A DNA stretch of 64,000 nt from Octopus sinensis (taxonomy: Eukaryota). Positions 12,055-24,767 of this stretch are shown here, in pieces. The translations under genes were made by a program, and so were the position numbers. Numbering within the stretch: the stretch's first letter is position 1; each line of letters starts with the position of its first letter. The notes below the pieces were generated by a model. It was not told the DNA's origin, ran no database searches, and was given only the letters and a program-made list of their open reading frames with translations. Where the stretch lies: NCBI RefSeq assembly GCF_006345805.1, contig NC_043018.1, positions 17,732,001 through 17,796,000 of the forward strand. Reading direction: 5' to 3'.

Positions 12055-14099
12055 TGTTTCTTTATTAGCCACACAGGGCTGCACACAGATAGAACAAATA
12101 CAAGGTAGAGCTTTTCTTTTGAAGTTTAAAAAAAAAAAAAAGGAAGGGGGAGTTTCGATCAAAAGGGATCGTAAAAGGAGAGAAAGAGGACAAAAAAAAG
12201 GGGGGTTAAAAAAAAAAAAAAGGGGGAGAGGAAAAAAAATTGATCAATAGGGATCGTTATCACAGAAATGTCAATATGAAATGTAAAGGGGAGGACAGGT
12301 GAGGTTTACCCGTGGAAAGAAAAGCCTACGGAAAAGACCACGGTAACCTCGGTCAATGAAGTCACATTTTATATTTCTTTTTTTTTTTTTTTTTTTTTTT
12401 GCAAATAAGCAACTCTCTGTTTTCGATTTCTGGGTTCATAGGACTATGCTCAAGGTGGCTTCGTCATTCATACGTGCCATTCTTGCTACATTCACCCATC
12501 TTTTTTTAAAACATTCGCTAGACAAAACTTGCCTCTCTACTCTCACTTTCCTTTTCAAGTGGTACTTGAAGAAGTTGATGAGAGATTGACCAGAGAGGAA
12601 AGTGTTTGTCTCCAATCCTTTCAGACGCGTCCACCAGATACATTCTTTCGCCATAGCCACAAGGATGATGAAAATAGCTCTTCTTTCCCGTTTGAAGGAA
12701 GGAGGCGTGACAATATTGACGATAGACTCAGCTGATAAACCGACTCGTCCCACACGTGACAGCAGTTGTTCGACATAAGCCCACAGGTCGGAAATTGTTG
12801 GACACTGAACGAGTGCGTGCAGAACGGTTTCGTCGCTCTGACCGCATCTCGGGCAGGTCGGCCCCGTGTTTCTCGATCCGTGTCTGTAGAGCTTATCCCG
12901 AACGGGTAGCGCTTCTCGGTAGCACTGCCAGGCCAGGGATCTCTGGAAGTTGTCCATGGGCCCTGGCCCGAAAGTCGTCCCGAACAGGCGGGTCAGGTAC
13001 TCCTCATCGACGTCCAGGTTCGCCCCGAGCTCGTCGTCGTACCTCCCCTCCACTAAACCCCTATAGAATGCTTTGGCTGTGTTGAAGTCACTTAAGGTCG
13101 ACCCAGGACGGCAGAGTTGCTTGAGAGCAACGCGACACTCGCGGTGCCATTCGCCCTTCCTCGGCCTCTTTTTGATCCACGACTGCAGTTCGGTCATGGA
13201 GACGAGCTGCGGGAAAGCGTGCCTCACAAACGGCGACCACACCTGTTCACCGTCGTCTACATAGAGCCAGAGATGTCGCAGTCTCAGCGCGTGTCTGCGC
13301 ATCATCAACCACGGCATGCCCAGCCCTCCTTTTAACGGGTGTTGACAGCAAATGGATCGCCTGACCATCGGGACGCATCCTTTCCACAAGAAGCGAAAGA
13401 GGATGCGTTGTAGTTTGGTGATGGTAGGGTCGGGACAAGGTACGACGGTCAGGCGGTAGTAGATGACGGACGCGATGTACGTGTTCGCCACCTCCGCTCG
13501 ACCTTTTAGGGACAGTTTCCTCTCGGTCCATTGCCGGGCGAGAGTGACCACCCTACTCGTTATCTCGTTCCAGTTCTTCTCCACTTGGAGGTCCGGACCA
13601 AACCAGACCCCGAGCAACTCAACCGGGCCGTCGGTCCAGCGTCCCACGACGGAGGCGCTGGTGGACGGCATGGGCTTGTTTCTCCAGGTGCCTAGTCTCA
13701 AGCCCACTGACTTTTCCCGGTTGATTTTCGCTCCTGTCACCGCTTCGTAGTTTTTCAGTGTCTCGCCGACCAGCTCGATGTGCTCGTGGCTAGACACTAT
13801 GACGGTGACGTCGTCTGCGTATGCAGACACGCTCGTCCCGCATCCCAATTCTCGCGGGATGCCCCTTAGAGTCGCCAGCTTCCGCAGTAGTGGCTCAAGA
13901 GTCAATACGTATAGAAGCGCCGAGAGGGGGCATCCCTGACGGACCGAACGTGCAATGTCGAAAGGTCTCGATAGATGTCCATTTACGCGAATTACCGAAC
14001 GGATGCCTCTGTACAAGGCAGCTATCCAGCCGCGGAAGACGGGACCGAAACCAGCCGCTCTCAGGACTGCCTCCAAGTATCGATGGTCTACCCTATCGA
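12055..14099 (-). mobile_element. 5'-truncated Tx1/L1-group non-LTR retrotransposon inserted in (GATA)n
   Basis: Open ORF2 3' part, ~380-bp pyrimidine-rich 3' UTR ending AATAAAGAAACA joined directly to (TATC)n; GC-richer than flanks; (GATA)n on both sides. Confidence 0.9.
12436..14097 (-). CDS. ORF2 C-terminal part: reverse transcriptase plus CCHC zinc knuckle (5'-truncated, no native start)
   Basis: Frame extends upstream of the track start as DRVDHRYL; motifs SVRQGCPLSALLY, SAYADD, GAKINREKS, LGVWFG, KLSLKGRAEVANT, CPRCGQSDETVLHALVQC; no internal stop. Confidence 0.9.
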   Translation of the reverse strand, partial: DRVDHRYLEAVLRAAGFGPVFRGWIAALYRGIRSVIRVNGHLSRPFDIARSVRQGCPLSALLYVLTLEPLLRKLATLRGIPRELGCGTSVSAYADDVTVIVSSHEHIELVGETLKNYEAVTGAKINREKSVGLRLGTWRNKPMPSTSASVVGRWTDGPVELLGVWFGPDLQVEKNWNEITSRVVTLARQWTERKLSLKGRAEVANTYIASVIYYRLTVVPCPDPTITKLQRILFRFLWKGCVPMVRRSICCQHPLKGGLGMPWLMMRRHALRLRHLWLYVDDGEQVWSPFVRHAFPQLVSMTELQSWIKKRPRKGEWHRECRVALKQLCRPGSTLSDFNTAKAFYRGLVEGRYDDELGANLDVDEEYLTRLFGTTFGPGPMDNFQRSLAWQCYREALPVRDKLYRHGSRNTGPTCPRCGQSDETVLHALVQCPTISDLWAYVEQLLSRVGRVGLSAESIVNIVTPPSFKRERRAIFIILVAMAKECIWWTRLKGLETNTFLSGQSLINFFKYHLKRKVRVERQVLSSECFKKRWVNVARMARMNDEATLSIVL

Positions 14100-14196
14100 T
14101 AGATAGATATATAGATAGATAGACAGATAGATAGATAGACAGATAGATAGATAGATAGATAGATTGATAGATAGATAGATAGATAGATAGATAGAC

Positions 14197-14248
<52 letters not shown>

Positions 14249-14302
14249 TGATAGATATATAGATAGATAGATAGATATATAGATAGATAGACAGATAGAT
14301 AA

Positions 14303-14393
<91 letters not shown>
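14098..14393. repeat. (GATA)n array, 5'-side flank of the Tx1-like LINE
   Basis: Direct; occasional GACA/GATT/TATA variants. Confidence 0.95.
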
Positions 14394-14394
<1 letters not shown>

Positions 14395-14834
14395 ACAAGG
14401 ATATGTGTTAGTAGAGAAATAAATTCATAAAGGGAACAGTACTGTTTGTATAAATAAGATGAAAAATATATTCAATATTAGGAAAAATAAGTGTAATATT
14501 TTAAGTGAATTAAATATTCCACAATATCTCATTGTATATAATCCCGAAGGCCATATCATTGTGCCAGTATTAATATTTTGTACGAAGGGACGGTAAATAG
14601 GAAGTGGGGAATCTTTAATATTGGCAGTAAATATTAGATAAAGTTATTGAATTCTTAATAAAACATTGGAAATGCCACAGAGAAAAGGCATGGCCATACT
14701 TCAACTTTGGGCGACCGTCCTCGCTACAAGAACCAGTTGTTTAAATAAAGGAAACAGCTTGAACTCCTTAGCTTTCCACAATGCAACGATAAATATTTCG
14801 TGTTAGGATGAGGGAACCATATTTAATACTACTG

Positions 14835-14984
14835 CCAATAACAATAACAACAATTATATGAACAGTCATGATGATGATGATGATGACATCAACAACTACT
14901 ACGACAACAACAGCAACAATAACAATGATAATAATAACAACAATAATAATAATATTAATAATAATAATAATAATAATGATAGTA

Positions 14985-15064
<80 letters not shown>

Positions 15065-15134
15065 TTAATAATGATAATAATAATAATAATAATAATAATA
15101 TAATAATAATAATAATAACAATAATAATAATAAT
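14835..15134. repeat. (AAT)n/(AAC)n/(GAT)n triplet array
   Basis: Direct. Confidence 0.95.
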
Positions 15135-15836
15135 ACCCAAAACATGTAATGAAAAGAAATATAACAAGTAACTGGAGAATATGTGGAGATGGACAAGAAA
15201 CAATAAATCATATTATTTCTGGCTGCTCAGTCCTAGCTAAAAGAATATATTCACAGACATGACAGAGTTGGGACCTACATACATTGGAAGCTATGCCAAC
15301 ATTATGGAATAACAACAGAAAAAAGATGGTATAGGCACACACCAGAGAAGGTCACAGAAAACGAAAAAGCAACCGTACTCTGGGATATGCCAATACACAC
15401 AGATAGAGAAATTAAGGCTAACAGACCAGATATAGTTGTCAGAGATCATGAAGAAAGAAAATGCTTTCTAATTGATGTATCAATACCGGCAGATGACAAC
15501 GTGTCTCTAAAAGAAATGGAGAAACTCTCAAAATACAAAGACCTGGAAATAGAGGTAACCAGAATGTGGAATCTAAAAACAGAAACAATTCCTATCATAG
15601 TAGGTGCAATAGGCATGATTAAAAAATATTCAGACAAATACATAACAAAACACTAGGACTTACAAACACATATAACATACAGAAAATTGCACTACTAGGC
15701 ACTGCACACATCCTACGCAGAACACTTTCCATACAATAACCATCAGAGCATCACAACAAATCACAGCACATACCCAGGGCACACAGAGCTGTGCTCGGTA
15801 GTGAAGTGAAAGTACGCTATAAAAATAAAACTACTG
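15135..15836 (+). mobile_element. 5'-truncated R4/Dong-type LINE (CCHC + restriction-like endonuclease + 3' UTR) in (TAA)n
   Basis: RICGDGQETINHIISGC / EYIHRHDRV / NRPDIVV..CFLIDVSIP..EKLSKYKDL / IQKIALLGTAHILRRTLS; two frameshifts; (TAA)n on both sides. Confidence 0.9.
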
Positions 15837-16117
<281 letters not shown>

Positions 16118-16413
16118 GGTGCAAGAACGCAAAACATCCGGCCAACTAGGTGATACAAAAAGGGACAACATAACATCCAGATAGACGATACAAAAAAAAA
16201 CAGGGACGGATCATTCGAAGCTTTCTATCCTCAGTCAAGAACCGTATCATCCTCGCAATTTCGGCTGATTAATGATTAATCTTGAGATTGCTCCAATCTG
16301 GCCATATATATGAATGACTATGTAGGTAATATGCATGAATGTATTTGTATATATGATTAAGTATGGAAAACAGCAAGTCGAATCAACGACGTTTACGAAT
16401 AATTACATACGTA

Positions 16414-16835
16414 GGCGCAGGAGTGGCTGTGTGGTAAGTAGCTTGCTAACCAATCACATGGTTCCGGGTTCAGTCCCACTGCGTGGCATCTTGGGAAAGT
16501 GTCTTCTGCTATAGCCCCGGGCCGACCAATGCCTTGTGAGTGGATTTGGTAGACGGAAACTGAAAGAAGCCTGTCGTATATATGTATATGTATATATATT
16601 TATCTGTGTATGTGTGTGTGTTTGTGTGTCTGTGTTTGTCCCCTTAGCATTGCTTGACAACCGATGCTGGTGTGTTTACGTCCCCGTCACTTAGCGGTTC
16701 GGCAAAAGAGACCGATAGAATAAGTACTGGGCTTACAAAAGAATAAGTCCCGGGGTCGATTTGCTCGACTAAAGGCGGTGCTCCAGCATGGCCGCAGTCA
16801 AATGACTGAAACAAGTAAAAAGAGTAAAGAGAGTA
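16414..16835 (+). mobile_element. tRNA-derived SINE, family A, full length
   Basis: Head GGCGCAGGAGTGGCTGTGTGG (A-box-like), GGTTCAGTCCC (B-box-like), internal microsatellite, repeated AAAGAGT-type tail. Confidence 0.92.
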
Positions 16836-18079
16836 TTGTAATAATGTACGCATAACGTATGTGATTGTGTATATATAATATTGTGTATGTGTGTATGTGC
16901 AGTTTCTTCGACATTAACTTTCGTCTCGTGTTATCATAACTTAGGATAAACGATGGAAACCAATCGCTCGATCCATAAGAAAAGGCCTCCATCCGATTAC
17001 CATACTTCCAAAATAGTTCAGCGTAAAGCTAATTATTTCAGCCGGTATATCCGTGGTTTAAGCACGATTCTAATTTTACTGCGAGTTTAAATACACCAGT
17101 ATTAAAGATATAAATATGAATAAATCTACACACGTATTGGTTTTTTTTATTCGAAATATTAATAACTGTATGTCTAAGTTCTTCCATTCTCCTGAGACGA
17201 GTCTTAAGGGAATAAACATGAGTGGTTATACTCCTCGAACCTAATTACACAGAGTCTATAGATTAAAACCGAGCTGAATGCCGTAAGGAAGTTGAATATG
17301 TATTTATTAGATATGCGATATTAATCATATACCTATACATATGTAGATATTAAAACCGAACATAGATATTTTATATAAATATCTACGTCGGTTGCATGGA
17401 GATGAATTGAGAATGGATTATATAATCCCCTATAATATTTAAGGGTGCAGCTGCTCATATCTTTCAATATCTTTCAATATCTTTGTATCCATGACCTTAA
17501 CCACGTTGTTAGGTTACATTTTCTTAGATAAATTGATAAGCATTACAACATTGCATACACAATATAACTATGTGTATGCCTATTCTATACATAGATATAT
17601 ATATATACACATATATATATATATACATGTATATATATATCCCTATTCTATACATATATATATATATATATACATATAGATATATATAGAGAGAGAGGGA
17701 GAGAAAGAAAGAAAATAAGCGTATATGTAGAGTATATAAATTACGTTATAGTTTGTAATGCATATATATGTGTGTGTGTGTGCGCGTGTGTGCGTGTGTG
17801 TGTGTGTCAGAGTATGAACAGGGACAAGAGTACGCACATACACACATACTCATACGCATACACATTTAGAGAGAAGCTCGTATATAGTACAGCTTGATGT
17901 CACAAATACATGCATACATACACACACACACATTCAACGCAAAAGTGCACTTCTTCTAAGCACACTTTATACATCCACTTCACATTATATATGTTAATAC
18001 GTACATCGAAGCCTCTCGGACCACATCTACGATCAAAGAAATTACATATATTTAAACGACAGGTATGTCATATGCCATT

Positions 18080-18130
<51 letters not shown>

Positions 18131-19624
18131 GCGCACGCACCCGCATGTGCACACACATGATGATGCAACAAATCTCGCACTTGTCTACTCACTGTCCTAT
18201 ATTCACTTACATCTATTCGACGGTTAACAATTTAGTTTGTACCGTAAAATTACATACGACACACATACATACACACGCGATCACACAAACACATACCCAA
18301 AGAACAAAACACAATCGCAATTACGCAAACAGACATGGAATACCATTACACCAGTCATACTCATTCAGAGAGATACATACATACACAAACAAAGATAACG
18401 CAACATATATATAACTACATGTAGAAACACACCGATCAACTGGGAGTTGCTGTTCTATCTTATTACAGTAAACCTCACAGCGCCTCTTCACATTTCCAGT
18501 CAGTCAACGGTCGGTGCGTCTTCATATGCATTTTCTATAGAACGAATTATTTTTCCTTTCGGTTACCGAACCCAGGTCTTCCAACGTTTGAGTCCACGTA
18601 AACATTTTTAATATAAATGTACACTACTTTAAATTTTCCTCATTGCTAATTCGCGTAGCTTAAATTTATTAACATTGCACACACCAACAAATTTATTATT
18701 TGCGGTTTTCATTTATGAACGATAGTCTTTATTGAACGACCAACTCCGTGTGCATAACTAATGAAGCGTAACGACGAAGAATGATGCGTCTTATTGTCTG
18801 ATTACGTATTTATAGCTTGATGACGAGTTGTTTTCATAACAATTCGCCTCTCAAGATAGATTCCACAGTGAAGGACTCTCCACATTTGAGTTTTCACGAA
18901 CGTTCTAAATATAATTATATACAGCTTAATGCTAACCATCGCCGCTGCTTCATAATTCTGTATATGTGTATGCCTGCCTGATTGTGTGTCACTTTGCGTA
19001 TGGACATGTATATAATATATATATATATATATATGGATGTATAGTTGGATTACGAACAAAACAAAATATTCAACAATAAGATACAAACGTAATAGCTTGT
19101 ACAATGGATTTATAAATACATAAATACGAGGAAGCATTGTATGTGTGTGACATTTAGAAATATATTCCATGAATCTTTAAATCTAAAGAAACTTGATGAC
19201 ATTTAAACTGAATTTTCCCTTAATATTGTCGACCATCTTAAGAAAACCGTGATTCAGTTGCAATGACTTTTAAAGAAATCAGTTTAATTTTTTTCCTTCA
19301 ATGACGAATAAATAGAAATAATAACCTGAAAGCATTAAAAAATGGTGAAATTATTTTCTTTTTGAAGCTTTAATATTTTCTATTTAAGTATTTGCGGATC
19401 AACTCACACATGGATACATATTCTTTCAAGGCCCAGAATTAATATACCTGCTTGTACGTATGTCTGCACGTATATACATACGTATGTATCTATGTATATA
19501 TGTATGTATGAATGCATACATATATGTAAATTAGCCTATTTATAAAGGTAGAAGTTACGGGGTTTAGTGAAATGTTTTTGAATTACATAGAAAGCATTTT
19601 TTTTATGGTATTACATTAAAAAAA

Positions 19625-19860
19625 GCGGTGAGCTGGCAGAATCGTTAGCACGTCGGGCGAAATGCTTAGCGGTATTTCGGCTGCCGTTACGTTGTGAGTT
19701 CAAATTCCGCCGAGGTCGACTTTGCCTTTAATCCTTTCGGGGTCGATAAATTAAGTACCAGTTAAGCACCGGGGTCGATATAATCGACTTAATACCTATG
19801 TCTGTCCATGTTTGTCCTCTCTATGTTTAGCCCCTTGTGGGTAATAAAGAAATAGGTATT
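19625..19860 (+). mobile_element. tRNA-derived SINE, family B monomer (tail type 1)
   Basis: GCGGTGAGCTGGCAGAATCGTTAG head, GAGTTCAAATTCC B-box-like motif, ends CCCCTTGTGGGTAATAAAGAAATAGGTATT. Confidence 0.9.
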
Positions 19861-20658
19861 ACACGCAGGGGTTATTCATAACTTTATACTTCAAAGAAAA
19901 CAGTGGTATTATTCATGAAGGAATAAACTAATGTAAAACAACGTAATCATCTTGTCAAAGAAAAACACATCAATAAGCCATTTTTAGGAATGTCATATTT
20001 TACATCATTTTATTGCCTCAGGAATAATACCAATGTTTGTTTTGAAACATATGTTGGAAATATAAAGATTTCAATAACACCTGCGTTTAACTCCATTTCT
20101 TAGTTTATCTACACTTGCGCTTATCTTGGCAAGTCTCATGTCTCTCTTCTCTCCAGTTGAAGTGATGCAGCGTGCGTTTGCTGATCTTAAGAAAGTCTCA
20201 TCTCTCTTCCCGCTTGAAACTTTCGCCTTCGGTTTTCTACAATCCTCCTGGCTTTATACTTGTTTCTGGAGAAATTACATCTTTTCTCTGGTAGCATATT
20301 TTTTACAATATTGTAAAACTCCGACACACCATTCCACTCTGGTGGCTGTAACGACAGAAAGTTGCCGATGCTGCGTAATATTGTTCACATTAGGATGTAA
20401 ATTATTTATTTCAAATATAATAGAAATAAGATGACCTTAATGCTATCACATTAGAATTAAAAGTGAAAGAATGAAAGTGAAACTATTATATCACATTACA
20501 ATATAGGTGTTATCCAGTGCCAATGTTATATTGTTTTAATTCAAATGAAAAAAATATTACATGTTGACACTCACGGGGTTTGATAATATCACCTTGTAAA
20601 TTTTTATTTCATTTGTTTGGGTCGTTTGAAAATGCATAGGAAATATATATATATATAT

Positions 20659-21058
20659 ACTCTTTTACTCTATTACTTGTTTCAGTCATTTGACTGCGGC
20701 CATGCTGGAGCACCGCCTTTAATCGAGCAACTCGACCCCGGGACTTATTCTTTGTAAGCCCAGTACTTATTCTATCGGTCTCTTTTGCCGAACCGCTAAG
20801 TAACGAGGACATAAACACACCAGCATCGGTTGTCAAGCAATGCTAGGGAGACAAGCACAGACACACACACACACATATATATATATACATATACATATAT
20901 ACGACGAGCTTCTTTCAGTTTCCGTCTACCAAATCCACTCATAAGGCTTTGGTCAGCCCGAGGCTATAGTAGAAGACACTTGCCCAAGGTGCCACACAGT
21001 GGGACTGAACCCGGAACCATGTGGTTGGTAAGCAAGCTACTTACCACACAGCCACTCC
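20659..21058 (-). mobile_element. SINE family A
   Basis: Reverse complement of the family A sequence from head to tail. Confidence 0.92.
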
Positions 21059-21236
21059 AGAAAGAGAGAGAGAGAATATTATATAGATACGTTAGTGTAA
21101 TTGTAGCAGCAGTTACGCTGTGGTTGGTTGATGTTGGTTGCTTTCGTTGTTCATCGATGTTTAGCTTCTGTCAGCTTTGATCAGCATCTGTTCCCAGCTT
21201 ATTCGCTGCCTGTCTCGTCTTTGGTGTCGTTTCATG

Positions 21237-21304
<68 letters not shown>

Positions 21305-21577
21305 AAATATCGTAGGTGCACCAAATTTATACTAATTGTTAAGCTCGAAAAGAAGCGCGTCAAAAGATTAATTGTTGCAGGAGCCACTTTGACTTGTCTT
21401 GATTGGTCGATCACATGGTTAAATGGTAGCAAATCGTGATATTGCATATATCGATCTGACTGCTGAATATTCCTGCTACACACACACACACACACATACA
21501 CACACACACACACTCACACCTATACATATGTGTATGTGTGTGCGTCTGTGTATGTCCGTGTATATATATATATATAT

Positions 21578-21810
21578 TATTTCTTTACTACCCACAAGGG
21601 GCTAAACACAGAGGGGATAAACAAGGACAGACAAACGGATTAAGTCGATTACATCGACCCCAGTGGGTAGCTGGTACTTATTTAATCGACCCCGAAAGGA
21701 TGAAAGGCAAAGTCGACCTCGGCGGAATTTGAACTCAGGACGTAACGGCAGACGAAATACGGCTACGCATTTCGCCCGGCGTGCTAACGTTTCTGCCAGC
21801 TCGCCGCCTT
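21578..21810 (-). mobile_element. SINE family B monomer (tail type 1)
   Basis: Reverse complement of the 19625 copy. Confidence 0.9.
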
Positions 21811-21816
21811 TCTGGC

Positions 21817-21858
<42 letters not shown>

Positions 21859-22630
21859 TGATTTGCGTGTGTATGTTATGGCTTTCGTTAAAGTTTACAA
21901 TAAAACACTAACGTTTCGAATACTTATTTCTATAGTTTCTTTATCCAAACATTACTATATTTCTCTCTGTAACAGTCATTTGCTTCGTAACGCTTCAGTA
22001 AGTTTGAATAAATGTCGCGCCAGATGTGGTAAATTAGATATTTACATCCTATATACCGATAAATGTATTTATACAGCTCCACAAATAATGTCCGTGTCAA
22101 ATTTAATGTAAAGTTATTACTACTGGTGTCCATAAAACACATATAGTATTTTGAATTGATTTTATATATTTTCCGGAATGCTTTTTAGATTTTTAGTTTA
22201 GAATTTTTGAATTTTATCAACAAACTTCAGCCTAAATAATTTTACACAAAAATACTTAGGGGAATTGTAACAAACAACGAGGAATCATGTAATCTGAGTG
22301 TTCTGAAAAACCATGTTCTTGTAACAATTGCTATATCCTGTCATTAACAATTGTCCTATTCACAGAAATATACGGAACATCACTATTTACCAGCTTCCAC
22401 AAATGAAAAGTATTCAAGTATGTGATATAGTCACGTATACAGTCTGCAGTTATTTATACACAAACGCGCACACACACACACACACAGCCATACACATACA
22501 TTTACATATGTGTGTGTATGTGTGTGCTTGTGTGTGTGTCCATTGTGTTTGTGTGAGTGTGTGTGTGTGTGTGTGTGCGTATCCATACATATTTAAATAT
22601 AGAAATATGCACTTATAGCAAAAACAGCAA

Positions 22631-23250
22631 CAATTTTGGAAAAGAGTATACGGAACGATAAAAAATTAATTTAAGGAGAAAGCTGAAGAAAAAAATGTCT
22701 GCGACTGAAGTACAGAAATGGGAAGATATTACAATAAAGGGAACTAACTCCAACTCTATCTAAACGTCATGAGTAGAAGTCTCCTGAAAATAGAAAAATC
22801 CCAAACCTCTGACTTAATAATCTCTCATCATCGCATTAATGGAATATTTGCCTGGTATCATCAGAAACACCAACATGTCTCCCAAACTAGTTCACGTTAA
22901 GAATAACATAGCAACTCCCTAAAACGAGCGACACATGAAAACCAAAATACCTTCACGCCGATCACTTGTTAGACAACTACGTATAAAATACATTCATCCA
23001 CGTTGAAAGGACGTACAATTTCTCAATCAAAACAGCCTTTCTCTTGAACAGACAGGGTTGAAAACAGACTCATGCAGTTGCAAATATCAGTTGTTAATAA
23101 ACCGTATGTAATCAACAATTACTCACTGGGAAAATGGTACCATGGTATAGCACGGATTGAGTTTTATGATGCGTTTGACATTTTCCCACATAGCTGTAAA
23201 AGGCTTTCTGCAACACAGTATGGAACTGTGGAATAAGAAATTAGATCGTT
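22631..23250 (+). mobile_element. degenerate R4/Dong-type LINE RT N-terminal fragment
   Basis: With frameshifts: QFWKRVY..., KSPENRKIPN, FTPITC*TTTYKI, EQTGLKTDSCSCKYQLLIN, ARIEFYDAFDIFPHS, corresponding to the WKSPG, YRPITCL, EQKG..GCKDQL and WIDYKKAFDSVPH motifs in the right order. Confidence 0.65.
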
Positions 23251-23599
23251 GAACATTTCAGGGCGATTCACTCTCCCCTCTTCTCTTCTGCCTTTCCCTC
23301 ATTCCCTTGTACCTTGAGTTGAATAGTTGAATAGAACAAATTTGTGACTGCAGCCGAAGCAGAAGGATATATCCCAGCGGCACAAGATCAGAGTTTCCTC
23401 ACCCGGAACTATCAAGCTAATGTCCTGCACAAAGGCGCAGACACTAAATATAGATTCTGCAGAATATAAATCCAAACATGATCGAGTTGATCAATACGTG
23501 CACTGGGGAATATGCCATCACTATGGTATCCTGCATCCTTAGAACTGGTGTGAACACTCATTAGGGGTTTAGTCTTTATTTTGTTGACTGCATAAAAAA

Positions 23600-23790
23600 T
23601 GCAAGTAGAACCATTTTATGGTACCTGTGAAATAAAAGACTGAGTGTGAGGGAAGTATCAAAAATAAATTAATGAAGCCATAGGCCAAGGAAATTTCAAC
23701 AAAAACAGTGGCACAAAACTGGTTCGAAGGTTTCAAGGAAGTTGACATCAGCCTCGAAGACAAATCAAGTTCCGTGATAGATTTATTGCC
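23600..23790 (+). mobile_element. mariner transposase N-terminal remnant
   Basis: TVAQNWFEGFKEVDISLEDKSSS resembles the mariner WF..FK.GD.SLED..RSGRP helix-turn-helix segment. Confidence 0.5.
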
Positions 23791-23957
23791 GAAGAACTCA
23801 AAACGAAAATCCAAATCCAAAATATAGGAACAAAGAAGCAAACACACACAAAAAAAAAATCTCTTGTCAGGATGACAATAAATTATAATCCTGTCTTCAA
23901 GCTCAGATTATTGGGAAGAAAAGGAAACAGAGAATAAGATTACGCGTTTAGAGATAA

Positions 23958-24147
23958 TGGCTGGAAATGTTGGGAGAAAGGTAGAAATTTTGGCGGAGGC
24001 GGTAAGATGATGATATTGACCAAAGTGTTCAACTAGTGCTTATGTCATTGACCCCGAAAGGATGTAAAGTCGACTTCGGTGGAATTTGAACTCAGAACGT
24101 AAAGACATGAAACTGCAACTAACGATTCTGTCAGCTAACCACCTAAA
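23958..24147 (-). mobile_element. diverged SINE family B monomer (tail type 2) with 14-bp TSD
   Basis: Core GACCCCGAAAGGATG..GTCGAC..GGAATTTGAACTCAG; GCGTTTAGAGATAA at 23944-23957 and 24148-24161. Confidence 0.75.
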
Positions 24148-24355
24148 GCGTTTAGAGATAAATGATAAAGGGATAAAGACCGATCGGAACTGTGCCTCAC
24201 AATTTACTTGAAAAGGATTTAAACCAATCCCTGTCTGTTGTAACACAACGTCTGGCTGACTATCATACCAGAATCTGTCACTCTAGAAATTCAATTCATG
24301 ACTGTCTGGCTTTTATAATACTTTCTTTAAAAAAAAAAAATTATAGATATTTATA

Positions 24356-24767
24356 GGCGCAGGAGTGGCTGTGTGGTAAGTAGCTTGCTAACCAACCACA
24401 TGGTTCCGGGTTCAGTCCCACTGCGTGGCATCTTGGGCAAGTGTCTTCTGCTATAGCTCCGGGCCGACCAATGCCTTGTGAGTGGATTTGGTAGACTGAA
24501 ACTGAAAGAAGCCTGTCGTATATATGTATATATATGTGTGTGTGTGTGTTTGTGTGTCTGTGTTTGTCCCCCTAGCATTGCTTGACAACCGATGCTGGTG
24601 TGTTTACGTACCCGTCACTTAGCGGTTCGGAAAAAGCGACCGATAGAATAAGTGCTTCGTTTACATAGAATAAGTCCCGGGGTCGATTTGCTCGACTAAA
24701 GGCGGTACTCCAGCATGGCCGCAGTCAAATGACTGAAACAAGTAAAAGAGTAAAAGAGTAAAGAGTA
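24356..24767 (+). mobile_element. SINE family A, full length
   Basis: Same head, internal microsatellite and tail as 16414. Confidence 0.92.

Noticed and set aside
12529-14102. Plus-strand ORFs overlapping the LINE
   Set aside because: Antisense by-products of a GC-rich coding strand; no motifs.
16119-16305. Short element between microsatellites with CTGAGGA...GAA on the minus strand
   Set aside because: Probably a repeat, but single copy here and hammerhead core/stems incomplete.
20126-20434. 102-aa non-repetitive ORF and a ~50-codon open stretch on the opposite strand
   Set aside because: No recognisable domain or complete splice-site pair; length is within chance range.
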